In this document: piece after piece, positions 9,768 through 19,262 of the stretch
Numbering within the stretch: the first letter of the stretch is position 1
How the letters are laid out: the number at the start of each line of letters is the position of its first letter
Translations under genes and position numbers: made by a program
NCBI GenBank assembly: GCA_965214405.1
Contig: OZ243956.1
Coordinates: 3,360,001 to 3,424,000 of the forward strand
Source: Trueperaceae bacterium
Lineage (GTDB): Bacteria; Deinococcota; Deinococci; Deinococcales; Trueperaceae
Length of the DNA stretch: 64,000 bases
Direction: 5' to 3'
The notes under the pieces: model-generated
The model's input: only the letters and a program-made list of their open reading frames with translations
What the model was told of the DNA's origin: nothing
Database searches by the model: none

Positions 9768-10199
9768 TCACGCACCTTCCGTGGGACCGCCTATACCGTC
9801 TACGTCCGCTGATACATCCTTTGCCCAATGGTCGGGTAAAAGTTGTTCAATGGTGGACACGCGGTCACCGCTGAGCAGCACCCGCGTTTCGGCGTTCGCA
9901 GGGTTCATTTGGTAAATAAACTCTCGGCAACGCCCGCAGGGCGGAAGTATCCGGCCCTCCCAGTTCACCGCCACAATCGTCACTATCTTACTTTCACCGT
10001 TCGTCACCATGTTTCCGATGGCGTTATGTTCCGCGCAGAATCCCATGCTGGAACTCGTATCGATGCAAACACCCACATAGACGTTGCCTTGCTCGGTAAC
10101 GAGGGCGCTGGCAACCCCACCGGCGTCTGCCAGGGAAGAAAGTTTTCTCGGGTTAAGTGTGTTCTTGGCTCTTTGATAGAGCTCGATATCCTCAATCAT
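9768..10199 (-). CDS. Cytidine deaminase family protein
   Basis: CAE and PCGRC zinc motifs; lower GC than neighbours. Confidence 0.88.
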   Translation of the reverse strand: MIEDIELYQRAKNTLNPRKLSSLADAGGVASALVTEQGNVYVGVCIDTSSSMGFCAEHNAIGNMVTNGESKIVTIVAVNWEGRILPPCGRCREFIYQMNPANAETRVLLSGDRVSTIEQLLPDHWAKDVSADVDGIGGPTEGA

Positions 10200-10468
10200 G
10201 TGCTCACATCATACGCCACCGAAAATGTCTACATGTACAGCGTGGGAACGTCGAACCGCGCCCTTATGGCAGGTTGCCTTCGCACTGAGGGCGCTCGAGC
10301 ACAGGCAGCATCCCTAAACTTTCTGCTGCACGATATACAAACTGTGTTCCCTTCGAAAAGGACGCTACCTGCTGTCAGTAGCGCCAGTCACCGCGCGCAC
10401 CAAAACGGTTTTTGAAAATGGCGCGCAGTTTGTGATGCGCGGGCGCTTCAAAGGTATACTCACCCCCA

Positions 10469-10608
10469 GCAGGGGAGTAGCCACCCGAAGAGGGGTTGCG
10501 TATCGTCAACACGGCGTCCTCTGGAGGTATCACCTAAACGCTTATCTGATGATTTGAACATGATACCTCCAGGAAATCCCGGTACGCAAAAACAGCGTGA
10601 GACCTGAC
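10469..10608 (+). ncRNA. yybP-ykoY (Mn2+) riboswitch
   Basis: AGGGGAGTAGC ... GCGTATCGTCAACACGG ... CCGGTACGC ... GAGACCTG consensus blocks; TATACT -10 at 10455-10460; sits upstream of a TerC/Alx gene. Confidence 0.88.
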
Positions 10609-10662
10609 GGCAGGCTACACAGCAGGCTTTACAGCAGGCTGCGTGGCCTGATCGGGAGGCTT

Positions 10663-11616
10663 ATGGACGTACCGTTGAGTTTTTGGATCGGCTTTAACCT
10701 GTTCGTGCTGGCGATGTTGGCGCTCGATTTAGGTGTGTTCAACCGCAAGGCGCACGTGGTCACGATCAAAGAGGCGGGGGCCTGGACCGCGGTCTGGGTC
10801 TCGCTGGCGCTTCTCTTTAACGTGGGGCTTTACGTTGTGGCGGGGCCGCAGGCGGGGCTCGAGTTTTTAACGGGCTACCTCATCGAGTATTCGCTCTCGG
10901 TCGACAATATTTTCGTTTTCGTGCTTATTTTTTCGGCCTTTGCGGTGCCGCCCAAGTACCAGCACCGCGTGCTCTTCTGGGGCATTTTGGGCGCGCTGGT
11001 CATGCGCGGCGCGATGATCGCGCTCGGCGTGGTCTTGATTAACCGCTTTCACTGGATTATCTACGGCTTCGGCGCTTTTTTGGTGTTCGCGGGCATCCGG
11101 ATGTTTTTTAGTGACGAAGAGGACACGGTGGACCTAGAGAACAACATCATCCTCCGTTTCGTCCGGCGGCTTTTCCCCGTGACCGACGGCTACCGCGAGC
11201 AAAAATTCGTGGTCCGCGAGGCGGGACGTCGCATGATTACGCCCTTGCTTTTGGTGCTCATCCTTATCGAGGTCACCGACGTAATATTTGCCGTCGACAG
11301 CATCCCCGCGATTTTCGCCATTACCCAGGACCCCTTTATCGTCTACACGAGCAACATCTTCGCCATCCTGGGCCTTCGCAGCCTCTACTTTTTGCTGGCC
11401 GGAATTATTGACCGCTTCGTCTACTTACGTTACGGGCTGGCGGTGGTGCTCACCTTTGTGGGGGTGAAGATGCTCCTGGTTGACGTGTTTCACATCCCCA
11501 CCGTCGTGAGCTTGGGCGTGATCGTGGGCACGCTGGCGGTAAGTATCATTACGTCGCTCATGAGCAGCCGTCACGTTGAAACGCCCGATATTCCAGAAGC
11601 GCCTGGGGACGACTAA
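10663..11616 (+). CDS. alx: TerC/Alx family Mn-related membrane protein
   Basis: GYLIEYSLSVDNIFVF, DVIFAVDSIPA, YTSNIFAILGLRSLYF; RBS GGAGG before ATG 10663. Confidence 0.92.
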   Translation: MDVPLSFWIGFNLFVLAMLALDLGVFNRKAHVVTIKEAGAWTAVWVSLALLFNVGLYVVAGPQAGLEFLTGYLIEYSLSVDNIFVFVLIFSAFAVPPKYQHRVLFWGILGALVMRGAMIALGVVLINRFHWIIYGFGAFLVFAGIRMFFSDEEDTVDLENNIILRFVRRLFPVTDGYREQKFVVREAGRRMITPLLLVLILIEVTDVIFAVDSIPAIFAITQDPFIVYTSNIFAILGLRSLYFLLAGIIDRFVYLRYGLAVVLTFVGVKMLLVDVFHIPTVVSLGVIVGTLAVSIITSLMSSRHVETPDIPEAPGDD

Positions 11617-11648
11617 GCTATACTGTTTCTATCCCAAGAGGAGGTTTT

Positions 11649-12044
11649 ATGAAGTTTCTTGTCTTGCTTTTTGGTCTCACCGTCCTAAGTTTTATGGCTC
11701 CCGCGCTGGCGCAATCCTCGGGAGGCGTGGGGGTGGAAGGTTCGTCTGAGTTTACCTCGTTTGAGACCCTCTTCTTTAGGGCCTTCCGGGTGGTGGACGC
11801 GCCGTGTCCCACGGATATCTTCGGTGACACGTGTTACCTGCACAACTACGATGATGTCTTTGATTTCAAGGAACAGTTTGACCTCCTTTTTCCGGGAAGT
11901 TTGATAGAAGTGGAGCGGTGGACGTTTGCGACCGCCGAAATAGAGGGGGAAGAGGTCGAGTTTTTCAGAGCCACTTACCGCTTGCCTGAGGGAGAGCCGT
12001 TTACGCTGACCTTTAATCCAGGGTATATTTTTCTCGAGCAGTAA
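11649..12044 (+). CDS. Secreted hypothetical protein
   Basis: Signal peptide ending ALA-Q; RBS GAGGAGG; TATACT -10. Confidence 0.7.
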   Translation: MKFLVLLFGLTVLSFMAPALAQSSGGVGVEGSSEFTSFETLFFRAFRVVDAPCPTDIFGDTCYLHNYDDVFDFKEQFDLLFPGSLIEVERWTFATAEIEGEEVEFFRATYRLPEGEPFTLTFNPGYIFLEQ

Positions 12045-12084
12045 CCATCTATCTCCTTACCGCCGCAAGAGGGTGAAAGGGAGA

Positions 12085-13965
12085 TTAAAACCTCAGCAGA
12101 TAGAGCAGCGCCGCCGCGTCCCACGCCTGCGGGCGGCAGGCCACCGGATAGGGGACGGGGGGCGCGTCGGTGCGCTCGTAACCGCCGACGAGTTCGGGTA
12201 GGCGCTTGTCGGGCTGAGAGGCGGCGAGGTCGTAAAGCGCCTCGCGGATGCGCGCGGCCTCCTCTTGAAAACCGTAACGCGCCAGACCGCCCGCGATGAG
12301 CGCGGTGTCGTGCGGCCAGACCGAGCCGTTGTGGTACGACACCGGATTGTAACGCGCCTCGCCCTCGCCGAGCGTGCGGATTCCCCAGCCCGACCAGTTG
12401 GTAGGGGAAAAGAGTGTCTTAACGAGCTTCGGCGCTATCTCCTCAGGGACGATGCCCGTCCAAAGCAGCTGACCCGCGTCGGAGTTGTGAACGCGTAAAG
12501 GTCTTTTGTCGCCGTCCAACGCCATTGCGTAAGTTTGCATGTCAGAAAGCCAAAACGCCTCGTGAAACTTCTCTTTGAGCGCGTCCGCCTCCTCACGCCA
12601 GCGCGCGGCTTTATCCTCCTCGCCTAATGCGGTATAGAAGTCGGCGGCGGCTAAGTAGGCGGCGTAGGCGTAGCCCTGCACCTCGCTCACGGCGAGCGCG
12701 CCGCAAGCGAGCGAACCGTCGGCGTGGCTCATCGAGTCGTGAGAATCTTTCCACGATTGGATGGTGAGGCCCTCTCCGGGTTCTGCGCCCCTAAACTCCA
12801 GAAAGCCGTCGCCGTCAAGGTCGCCGTACTCCTGCATCCAAGTAAGCGCGGCTTCCCAGTTGGGCCTTAGTTCCTTGATAAGCTCGAGTTCCCCCATTTG
12901 CCCCCACAACTCACGCAGCAGCATCACAAAAAGCGCGGTGGCGTCGATGGTGCCGTAGTAGGGACCAAAGGGGACGCGCCCGGTGCGCGAGAGTTCGCCC
13001 TGGCGCAGCTCGTGCATGACTTTGCCGGGGGCCTCGGCGCGGGTGTCGTACAGCATTTTGCCGGGCGCGTCGGCCCCAGCCTCGCCTTTTTCTTCGCCTT
13101 GATAGGCCGCGAGAAAACGTAGCGTTCCCTCGGCAATCTCGGGGTGCCAGGGGAGCATCATAAAAGCCGTCAGCAGCGAGTCGCGGCCAAAGGGCGCGAC
13201 GTACCAGGGGATGCCCGCCGCCGGGAGCGTGCCGCGTTTGTTAAAGAGCAGGAGCGCGCGCAAGTCGTCGATGGCCTGCGTCAAAACTTGCTGATGGGCG
13301 TCTCCCTTTGCCTTTAGGTCAAAGCCGTCGCGCCAGCTTTCATACGTGATAGACGCTTCGTTTGCTGTGCGGGCCTCGAGTGGATTCTCAATCTCCACCC
13401 TGACCTCGAGCCCCACCCTCTCACCGGGTTCTAGGGAAACGGCAAAAGTGACACCGTCTTCTTGAACTTCACTTGTAGAGCGTGAGAAAGAGAGTTTGGT
13501 GGCGACAGAAAGCCCGTCCTCCGCCTTGTAACGCAACGTAAAATGCGTCTCGTCCTTTTTGATTTCAGCGGGGGCGCGCTCAAACCTCGTCCAGCCGCGC
13601 GCCTCGAACATGTCCACAAAATCCGAGGCGAGGGAAAGCTCGAGGCGCAGGTCCCGCGCCTCCAAACTTGTGTTCTCCAACGTCAGCGTGTCCATAAGAC
13701 CGCGCGCTGAAATCTCGAGCCGCCGCCCCACCCCCACAAGCTGCGAGGGACCGTCGATAAGCGCGTAATGCGCCTCAAAATGGTCGGGCCGCGGCGTGTA
13801 GGCCAGGAGCGTTTCGAAGTCCTCTCCGAAGCGCCAGGCGTAGGCGTTCAAAAAGCGCGTGTCACGGTTGTACAGCCCGTGCTCGCCCCCGGTAATCTGG
13901 CCGCCCGCGTCTGCAACGAGGAAGGTATAGTTCGCTTTTAGCACCACGTCTTTACTCAAATCCAT
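12085..13965 (-). CDS. Amylo-alpha-1,6-glucosidase (glycogen debranching family)
   Basis: AGIPWY..FGRDSL, WKDS, EVQGY, SYHNGSVWPHD, YPVACRPQAW motifs. Confidence 0.9.
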   Translation of the reverse strand: MDLSKDVVLKANYTFLVADAGGQITGGEHGLYNRDTRFLNAYAWRFGEDFETLLAYTPRPDHFEAHYALIDGPSQLVGVGRRLEISARGLMDTLTLENTSLEARDLRLELSLASDFVDMFEARGWTRFERAPAEIKKDETHFTLRYKAEDGLSVATKLSFSRSTSEVQEDGVTFAVSLEPGERVGLEVRVEIENPLEARTANEASITYESWRDGFDLKAKGDAHQQVLTQAIDDLRALLLFNKRGTLPAAGIPWYVAPFGRDSLLTAFMMLPWHPEIAEGTLRFLAAYQGEEKGEAGADAPGKMLYDTRAEAPGKVMHELRQGELSRTGRVPFGPYYGTIDATALFVMLLRELWGQMGELELIKELRPNWEAALTWMQEYGDLDGDGFLEFRGAEPGEGLTIQSWKDSHDSMSHADGSLACGALAVSEVQGYAYAAYLAAADFYTALGEEDKAARWREEADALKEKFHEAFWLSDMQTYAMALDGDKRPLRVHNSDAGQLLWTGIVPEEIAPKLVKTLFSPTNWSGWGIRTLGEGEARYNPVSYHNGSVWPHDTALIAGGLARYGFQEEAARIREALYDLAASQPDKRLPELVGGYERTDAPPVPYPVACRPQAWDAAALLYLLRF

Positions 13966-13991
13966 AACATCCGCCTAAGATAAAATGACAT

Positions 13992-14017
13992 AAAAGGGCT
14001 CGAGCCTTCTCGAGCCC
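13992..14017 (-). terminator. Intrinsic terminator made of two CTCGAG arms
   Basis: GGGCTCGAG-4nt-CTCGAGCCC followed by TTTT on the minus strand. Confidence 0.6.
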
Positions 14018-14045
14018 CCACGCTTTACTCCTTACTTCTTGCTCC

Positions 14046-15476
14046 CTACTCCTTCGACCCGCCGTACGACACGCCCTCCAAAAAGTAGCGTTGGAACACG
14101 ACGAAAAGGATGATGATGGGCAGCGCGCTCATCACCGCGCCCGCCAGAATGAGACCCCAGTCGCCCGACTGGCCGTAGACGGTGCGGAAGGTCAACAGGC
14201 CAATAGGCAAGGTCTTAACGTCCTCAGGCGTGGTGAGCACGATGAAGGGCCAGAAAAACTCGTTCCAGGCCCCCTGAAAGGTGAGAATCGTCAAGGCCCC
14301 CAGCGCGGGCCGCGCCATCGGCAGGACGACGCGCCAGTAGCGCTGCCACTGGTTGGTGCCGTCGATCATCGCCGCCTCCTCAATTTCGCGCGGGATGGAC
14401 TCGAAAAATTGCTTCATGATAAAGACCGCGCCCGCGCCCACCAAACCCGATAGGATCACGCCCCAGAGCGAATTGAGCAGCGTCGGCTGACCCCACAATC
14501 TTGACAACCCGAAAATCCCGTCGCGCAAGACGAGATAGTTGGAGATAAAAATCACCTGCGCGGGAATCATCTGCGCGAACAAGATGAGGACGAAGATGAG
14601 GTTTTTGCCGGGGAACGTGAGTCTGGCTAACGCGTATCCCGCCATCGAAGCAAAGAGCAGCGTCGAGAGCACCTTGGCGACGGCGATAAAAAAGGAGTTC
14701 GCAATCCAGCTTAGAAACAAACTGCGCCCGGTGGTGATGCTCCGCGCCTCGTTAAAGACGCGGCGGTAGTTGTTGAATACGAACCCGAGCACGCCCGGCG
14801 CGACGTTGTCGAAAGACGCGACGCGGCCCCGGCGCTCGATGCGCGTCTGCGTAAGTTCCGAGCGAACGAACTCCTGACCCCTCGGCGCGGTCACATCCAG
14901 GGGCAGCGCGTCCACCACGGGACCCTCGCCGGGATACTGGATGCTAAAGCCGTAAGTGACGAAGGTACCGGGCACGACCTCGCCGTCCACGCGGTACTCT
15001 CCCGCTTCGCTCGAGACCTCCTGCACAGGCGTCACCGCGGCGTAGTCCGCGGCGTAGTCGATTTGCTGCACCGCGCCCAAACCCCCGCCGGGTCTGCGGC
15101 GCGGCACCGCCGCCTCGGGCGTCTCAGGCGTCGTGCCCTCGGGGACGAAGTAGGTGAGCTCAAAGGGCACCGTGGCCCCCGGCGCGAAGCCGCCCCACCA
15201 CCTGTCATTCGCGCCCGCCGCGCCGAGTCGCGCCGCCGCCGACCAATTGCGCGGACTGAATTGCGGGATGGCGAGCGTGGGCGGGTACTCTAGGGGATCC
15301 GTCTTGAGGCTCGAGACGGTCGCAAACAGCAAGGGGCCTAAAAAAATAATCGCAAAAAACAGCATCACCACGTACATAATGCCCGCGCGCGCCCAGCGGC
15401 GGCGCGCCTGCCAGCGCTCAAACTCGCGTTCGCTCACCCAGGTGGGTCTGGCGTTGGGAACGGTTGCTTGCGCCAT
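14046..15476 (-). CDS. Carbohydrate ABC transporter permease (MalG-like, large extracytoplasmic insert)
   Basis: EEAAMIDG EAA motif, WNEFFWP; long soluble insert after TM1. Confidence 0.9.
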   Translation of the reverse strand: MAQATVPNARPTWVSEREFERWQARRRWARAGIMYVVMLFFAIIFLGPLLFATVSSLKTDPLEYPPTLAIPQFSPRNWSAAARLGAAGANDRWWGGFAPGATVPFELTYFVPEGTTPETPEAAVPRRRPGGGLGAVQQIDYAADYAAVTPVQEVSSEAGEYRVDGEVVPGTFVTYGFSIQYPGEGPVVDALPLDVTAPRGQEFVRSELTQTRIERRGRVASFDNVAPGVLGFVFNNYRRVFNEARSITTGRSLFLSWIANSFFIAVAKVLSTLLFASMAGYALARLTFPGKNLIFVLILFAQMIPAQVIFISNYLVLRDGIFGLSRLWGQPTLLNSLWGVILSGLVGAGAVFIMKQFFESIPREIEEAAMIDGTNQWQRYWRVVLPMARPALGALTILTFQGAWNEFFWPFIVLTTPEDVKTLPIGLLTFRTVYGQSGDWGLILAGAVMSALPIIILFVVFQRYFLEGVSYGGSKE

Positions 15477-15477
15477 C

Positions 15478-16593
15478 TCAGCCCTCCGAACGAATAAAGC
15501 GGCGCTGCAAGAGCACGATGAGAAGCGTTAAAACGGCCAAGAACATCGCCGCCGCCGAAGCAAAGCCGACCTCGGGAAGCTGCGCGCCGGGGAACATGCG
15601 GGTATAGACGAAATAAGCCAGGGTGATGACGCTCCTGAGCGGCACCGCGTTGCCGAAAATCGCCACCTGGTCGAACATTTGTAGCGTCCCAATCAGCCCC
15701 AACGTCACCACCAAAAACGTCACGGGTTGCACCGCGGGGATGGTGATGTAAAAAAACTGCTGCACGGGCGTCGCGCCGTCCAAGGCTGAAGCCTCATACT
15801 GCGACTTGGGCACGTCCTGGAGCGCGGCCAAAAACATCAGCATAAAGGTGGGCACGGTGGTAAATACGTTCATAATCATGATGGCGATGAGCGGGATGGG
15901 CGCGCGCAAAAACTCCGGGAAAGCGCTCGGCACCTCCTGCCGCGTCTGCAACCACACGAAGTCAACGGGCGCTATATCACGTGGCCCAATTACGCCCGCA
16001 AAGGTGAGTCCCCACGTGCCTGCCAAGGCGACTAAAAAAGAGATAACGAACAGCGCCGGGTCGGTCCACTTGGCAGGTAGGCCGCGAGAGCGCTCAAACG
16101 CCACCTGCGCAAATTGCAGCACCGCCAAAATCCCGACGAACACGCCGATAAGCGGCGCATAGGAGCCTATTTGCGTCGCCAAAAAGTTAAAAAGCCCCTG
16201 CTTCTGGTACATCCATAAGAAAATAAGCGTGATGACGACCGACGAGGTCACGCTCGGCATGTAGTAAGCCGCGCGGAAGAAGTTGAGCCCGCGGATGTTG
16301 GTGTTGAGCACCGCGGCCATCACGAGCGCGCCAAAGGTCTGGATAGTCGTGACCACGGCGGCAAAAACGAGTGTGTTGCGGAGCGCGGCGAGAAAGCTGT
16401 CCTCGCGGAAAAGGTTGGCGTAGTTGCGCAGCCCCACCCATTCGGGCGCGTTGAAAAGGTCGTAGTTGGTAAACGAAAAATAAACCGCGCGCACCGTCGC
16501 GTAAACAAAAAAGATGCCCAGCGTGAGCAAAAATGGCGCGAGGAAAAGGTACGCCGCGGTCACCTCTTGTTGTCTGGCTCTCAAACCCATCAC
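15478..16593 (-). CDS. Carbohydrate ABC transporter permease (MalF-like)
   Basis: WVGLRNY and YEASALDGA motifs. Confidence 0.9.
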   Translation of the reverse strand: MMGLRARQQEVTAAYLFLAPFLLTLGIFFVYATVRAVYFSFTNYDLFNAPEWVGLRNYANLFREDSFLAALRNTLVFAAVVTTIQTFGALVMAAVLNTNIRGLNFFRAAYYMPSVTSSVVITLIFLWMYQKQGLFNFLATQIGSYAPLIGVFVGILAVLQFAQVAFERSRGLPAKWTDPALFVISFLVALAGTWGLTFAGVIGPRDIAPVDFVWLQTRQEVPSAFPEFLRAPIPLIAIMIMNVFTTVPTFMLMFLAALQDVPKSQYEASALDGATPVQQFFYITIPAVQPVTFLVVTLGLIGTLQMFDQVAIFGNAVPLRSVITLAYFVYTRMFPGAQLPEVGFASAAAMFLAVLTLLIVLLQRRFIRSEG

Positions 16594-16618
16594 CTGCCCT
16601 TTGAGGAGATGTTAAGAG

Positions 16619-16639
16619 GGAGGCGGCGAGGCCGCCTCC
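16619..16639 (-). terminator. Intercistronic hairpin after the SBP gene
   Basis: GGAGGCGGC-gag-GCCGCCTCC 9-bp stem. Confidence 0.5.
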
Positions 16640-16655
16640 ACTCTGGAGAATCTGT

Positions 16656-17894
16656 TTACTGCCTCGAGCGCTCGATAATCGCGTTGAGTTCTTCCTGCGC
16701 GCTTTGCAGCGCGGTCTGGGTGTCCGCCTGACCGGTCATCACCGCGGTCATCGCGTTGGCGATGGGCGTTAAGTAGTCCGTGCCGACCGCGCCGAACTGG
16801 TAGCCCTCGACGTTGCCCGAGGTGGCACCCTCAAAGATAGTGGCGTTGGCCTGCGCTTCGGGGGTGTCTTGGTCGAAGTAGGCGTTGTCGGCCAAAGACT
16901 CACGGCTCGGGATGGCTAAGCCTTGCTCCAACACGAACTGCTGCGCCTCCTCGCTCGTCAGCGCCTCGACGACCTTGACTGCGGCGTCGCGGTTGGGCGA
17001 GTCGGAGTTGACGCCCCAGGCGACCGTGAAGAGGTAGTTGCCGCGCTCGCCCGTGGTGGGGGAGACGGGCAAGAGCGACGTGCCGTAGGGCAAGTTGGGC
17101 GCGTTGTCGCGCAAGAAACCCAGAATCCAGGCCCCTTCGATAGCGACCCCCGCTTGTTCTTGGGCGAGGCAGTCGCCGGGCCAACCCGCGCCGACGTCCG
17201 AGGGCTGCACCGCCACGCCCTCTTGCACCAAGCCCGTGTACCAATTGAAAGCGTCCACGAAACCTTCGCTTTGTAGGTCGGTGTTGCCGTCCGCGTCAAA
17301 CTTGTCCCAGCCGTTCGCAAAGGCGAACGCGCCCTCGCGCGCGAAGTCGGCGGGCAAGCAGATGCCGTACACGTCGTCGCCGAGCTCGCTCACCTGGCGA
17401 AGCTTGTCCGCGAAGGTTTCCCAGGTGTCGTCGGCGGTGGGGTACTCGACCTCGGCCTCGTCAAAAAGGTCTTCGTTGTAAAAAACCGCCAGCGTATTGA
17501 AGTCTTTGGGGACACCGTAAACCTGACCGTCTACTGTGTAAACCTCGATGAGGTTGTCGAGAAAGGGGTCTGTGTCGATGACGCCGCCCAATGGCAGCAC
17601 CTTGCCCGTGGCAATGAGGCCGGGCGCGGTCGAGTCGGGTATGTAGAACACGTCGGCGGCGGTTCCGGCGGAAAGCGCGTTGGTCAAAGCGGCGTTGTAG
17701 TCGCCCTCCAAGGGCTCGTACTGAACCGTAATGCCCTCTTGCTCGAGCTGAGCACCGACGACTTCATCTAAAAGCCGCTGCACGACGGCGGGGTCCTGAC
17801 CGCCGTAGCCCATGATGCGGACGGTGGTGTTCTGGGCGGAGCTGCAGCCCACAAATAGGAGCAGCGTAACCAGGATAAAGAAAACTTTTTTCAC
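16656..17894 (-). CDS. Carbohydrate ABC transporter substrate-binding protein
   Basis: GTG start after AAGGAGG, signal peptide, YGVPKDFNTLAVFYN family-1 SBP motif. Confidence 0.9.
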   Translation of the reverse strand: MKKVFFILVTLLLFVGCSSAQNTTVRIMGYGGQDPAVVQRLLDEVVGAQLEQEGITVQYEPLEGDYNAALTNALSAGTAADVFYIPDSTAPGLIATGKVLPLGGVIDTDPFLDNLIEVYTVDGQVYGVPKDFNTLAVFYNEDLFDEAEVEYPTADDTWETFADKLRQVSELGDDVYGICLPADFAREGAFAFANGWDKFDADGNTDLQSEGFVDAFNWYTGLVQEGVAVQPSDVGAGWPGDCLAQEQAGVAIEGAWILGFLRDNAPNLPYGTSLLPVSPTTGERGNYLFTVAWGVNSDSPNRDAAVKVVEALTSEEAQQFVLEQGLAIPSRESLADNAYFDQDTPEAQANATIFEGATSGNVEGYQFGAVGTDYLTPIANAMTAVMTGQADTQTALQSAQEELNAIIERSRQ

Positions 17895-17981
17895 GTGTCC
17901 TCCTTGGACAAGGTTGAGAAACAAAAAGGGCAAGAGGTTTGGGTGCTGTGAATCACTAAGAGTAAATACAAAAACTTTACG

Positions 17982-18983
17982 CTATGACCACCTCCTCGAG
18001 CTCGTGCCGCGCACCACCAACTGAACGGGAACGCGCTCATGCCTCACCGCTGCGCCCGCCAGCCCCTCCTTTAAGAGCGCGACCGCCGACGCCGCCATAC
18101 GCCCCACGTCCTGCCGCACCGTCGTGAGCCCCCCGCTTAAGTCCTCCCCAACCTCCGGCAGGTCGTCAAAGCCCACCACCGACACGTCCGTGGGCACGCG
18201 GCAGCCCACGTCCTCTAAAGCCGCCACCACCCCCACCGCCATCTCGTCCGACGCGGCAAACACGGCGCTAAACCGCTCCCCCCTTTCCCAGGCCCTACGC
18301 ACCGCCCGGTAAGCGCCCAACGAGGTAAAGCCGCCGTCGAGAAGCGGGGGGGGCTCTAACCCTGCCTCCTCAAAGGCCGCCGCGCAACCGCGATAACGGT
18401 CGCGCGCGGCCTGGTCGAACAGGGGTCCGCTCACGTGGACAACGCGCTCGTGGCCGAGCCGCAGGAGGTGCCGCGTCGCCTGGAGCCCGCCGTCCACGTC
18501 GTCGGGCGCGACCCAGCGCACCCCCGCCTGGTGACCGAGCAGCACAAAGGGCACCCCCGCCGCCTGTAAATAAGGCACGCGCGGGTCGTCGTCGTGCGCG
18601 CCCAAAAGGATGACGCCGTCGGTGACCCTTTCGGGCAAGCCGTCGGGCCGAGAGGGAATCTCTTCCAAGTGGTAGCCGCCGGACTGAAGCTCGTCCATGA
18701 GGTGCTCTAGCAGGAGGATGAAAAAGGGGATGAAACGGCGACGGCCCGCCGCGACGTTGAGGCCGACGCGCGTGGCCGGGCCGCGCGAGAGCGCTCTCGC
18801 CGCCGTGTCGGGGCGGTAGTCGAGACGCGCGACGGTCTCGAGCACCTGCGAACGCGTTTGTGGTTTGACTCCTTCACGGTTGTTGAGCACCCGGCTCACC
18901 GTCCCTGTCGAAAAACCCGCGGCCCTGGCGACGTCCTCGATGGTGAGCCGCGGAGATGTAGCAGGCGTGTCTGACTTTGCCAC
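17982..18983 (-). CDS. LacI family transcriptional regulator
   Basis: TIEDVARAAGFSTGTVSRVLN HTH, SVVGFDD; GTG start with RBS GGAG. Confidence 0.92.
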   Translation of the reverse strand: MAKSDTPATSPRLTIEDVARAAGFSTGTVSRVLNNREGVKPQTRSQVLETVARLDYRPDTAARALSRGPATRVGLNVAAGRRRFIPFFILLLEHLMDELQSGGYHLEEIPSRPDGLPERVTDGVILLGAHDDDPRVPYLQAAGVPFVLLGHQAGVRWVAPDDVDGGLQATRHLLRLGHERVVHVSGPLFDQAARDRYRGCAAAFEEAGLEPPPLLDGGFTSLGAYRAVRRAWERGERFSAVFAASDEMAVGVVAALEDVGCRVPTDVSVVGFDDLPEVGEDLSGGLTTVRQDVGRMAASAVALLKEGLAGAAVRHERVPVQLVVRGTSSRRWS

Positions 18984-19023
18984 TCGAGCTCCTACTCCGG
19001 TAAAGAATTCCGTTTCACCCCCC

Positions 19024-19082
19024 TGTAACCGCTTACAACGTGTTGATTCGCCTAGCTTACGCCCGCCCGCCGTAGCTGTCAA
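19024..19082 (-). promoter_or_regulatory. Sigma70 promoter plus LacI-type operator of the sugar operon
   Basis: TTGACA (19082-19077), 17-bp spacer, TAAGCT (19059-19054); palindrome TGTAAGCGGTTACA at 19024-19037; second site TGTAAACGCTTCCA at 19193-19206. Confidence 0.75.
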
Positions 19083-19262
19083 GAGTCTGGTCGCTACTTG
19101 CCGTCCTTATCTTCCTTTTTAAGCTCTGCGTGTCAGCTTTTGTAAGTTTTTGGGAGCTCCCCCCACTCGTCTGGCGGTCCGTCTATAGATTTTGTAAACG
19201 CTTCCAAAATTCTTAGGGAACGGTAAAGGTGATGTTCTCAAACCAAAGCGTTAGATTGGTGT

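Noticed and set aside
10597..10662. N-terminal extension of alx
   Set aside because: Lies in the riboswitch and expression platform; the RBS supports ATG 10663
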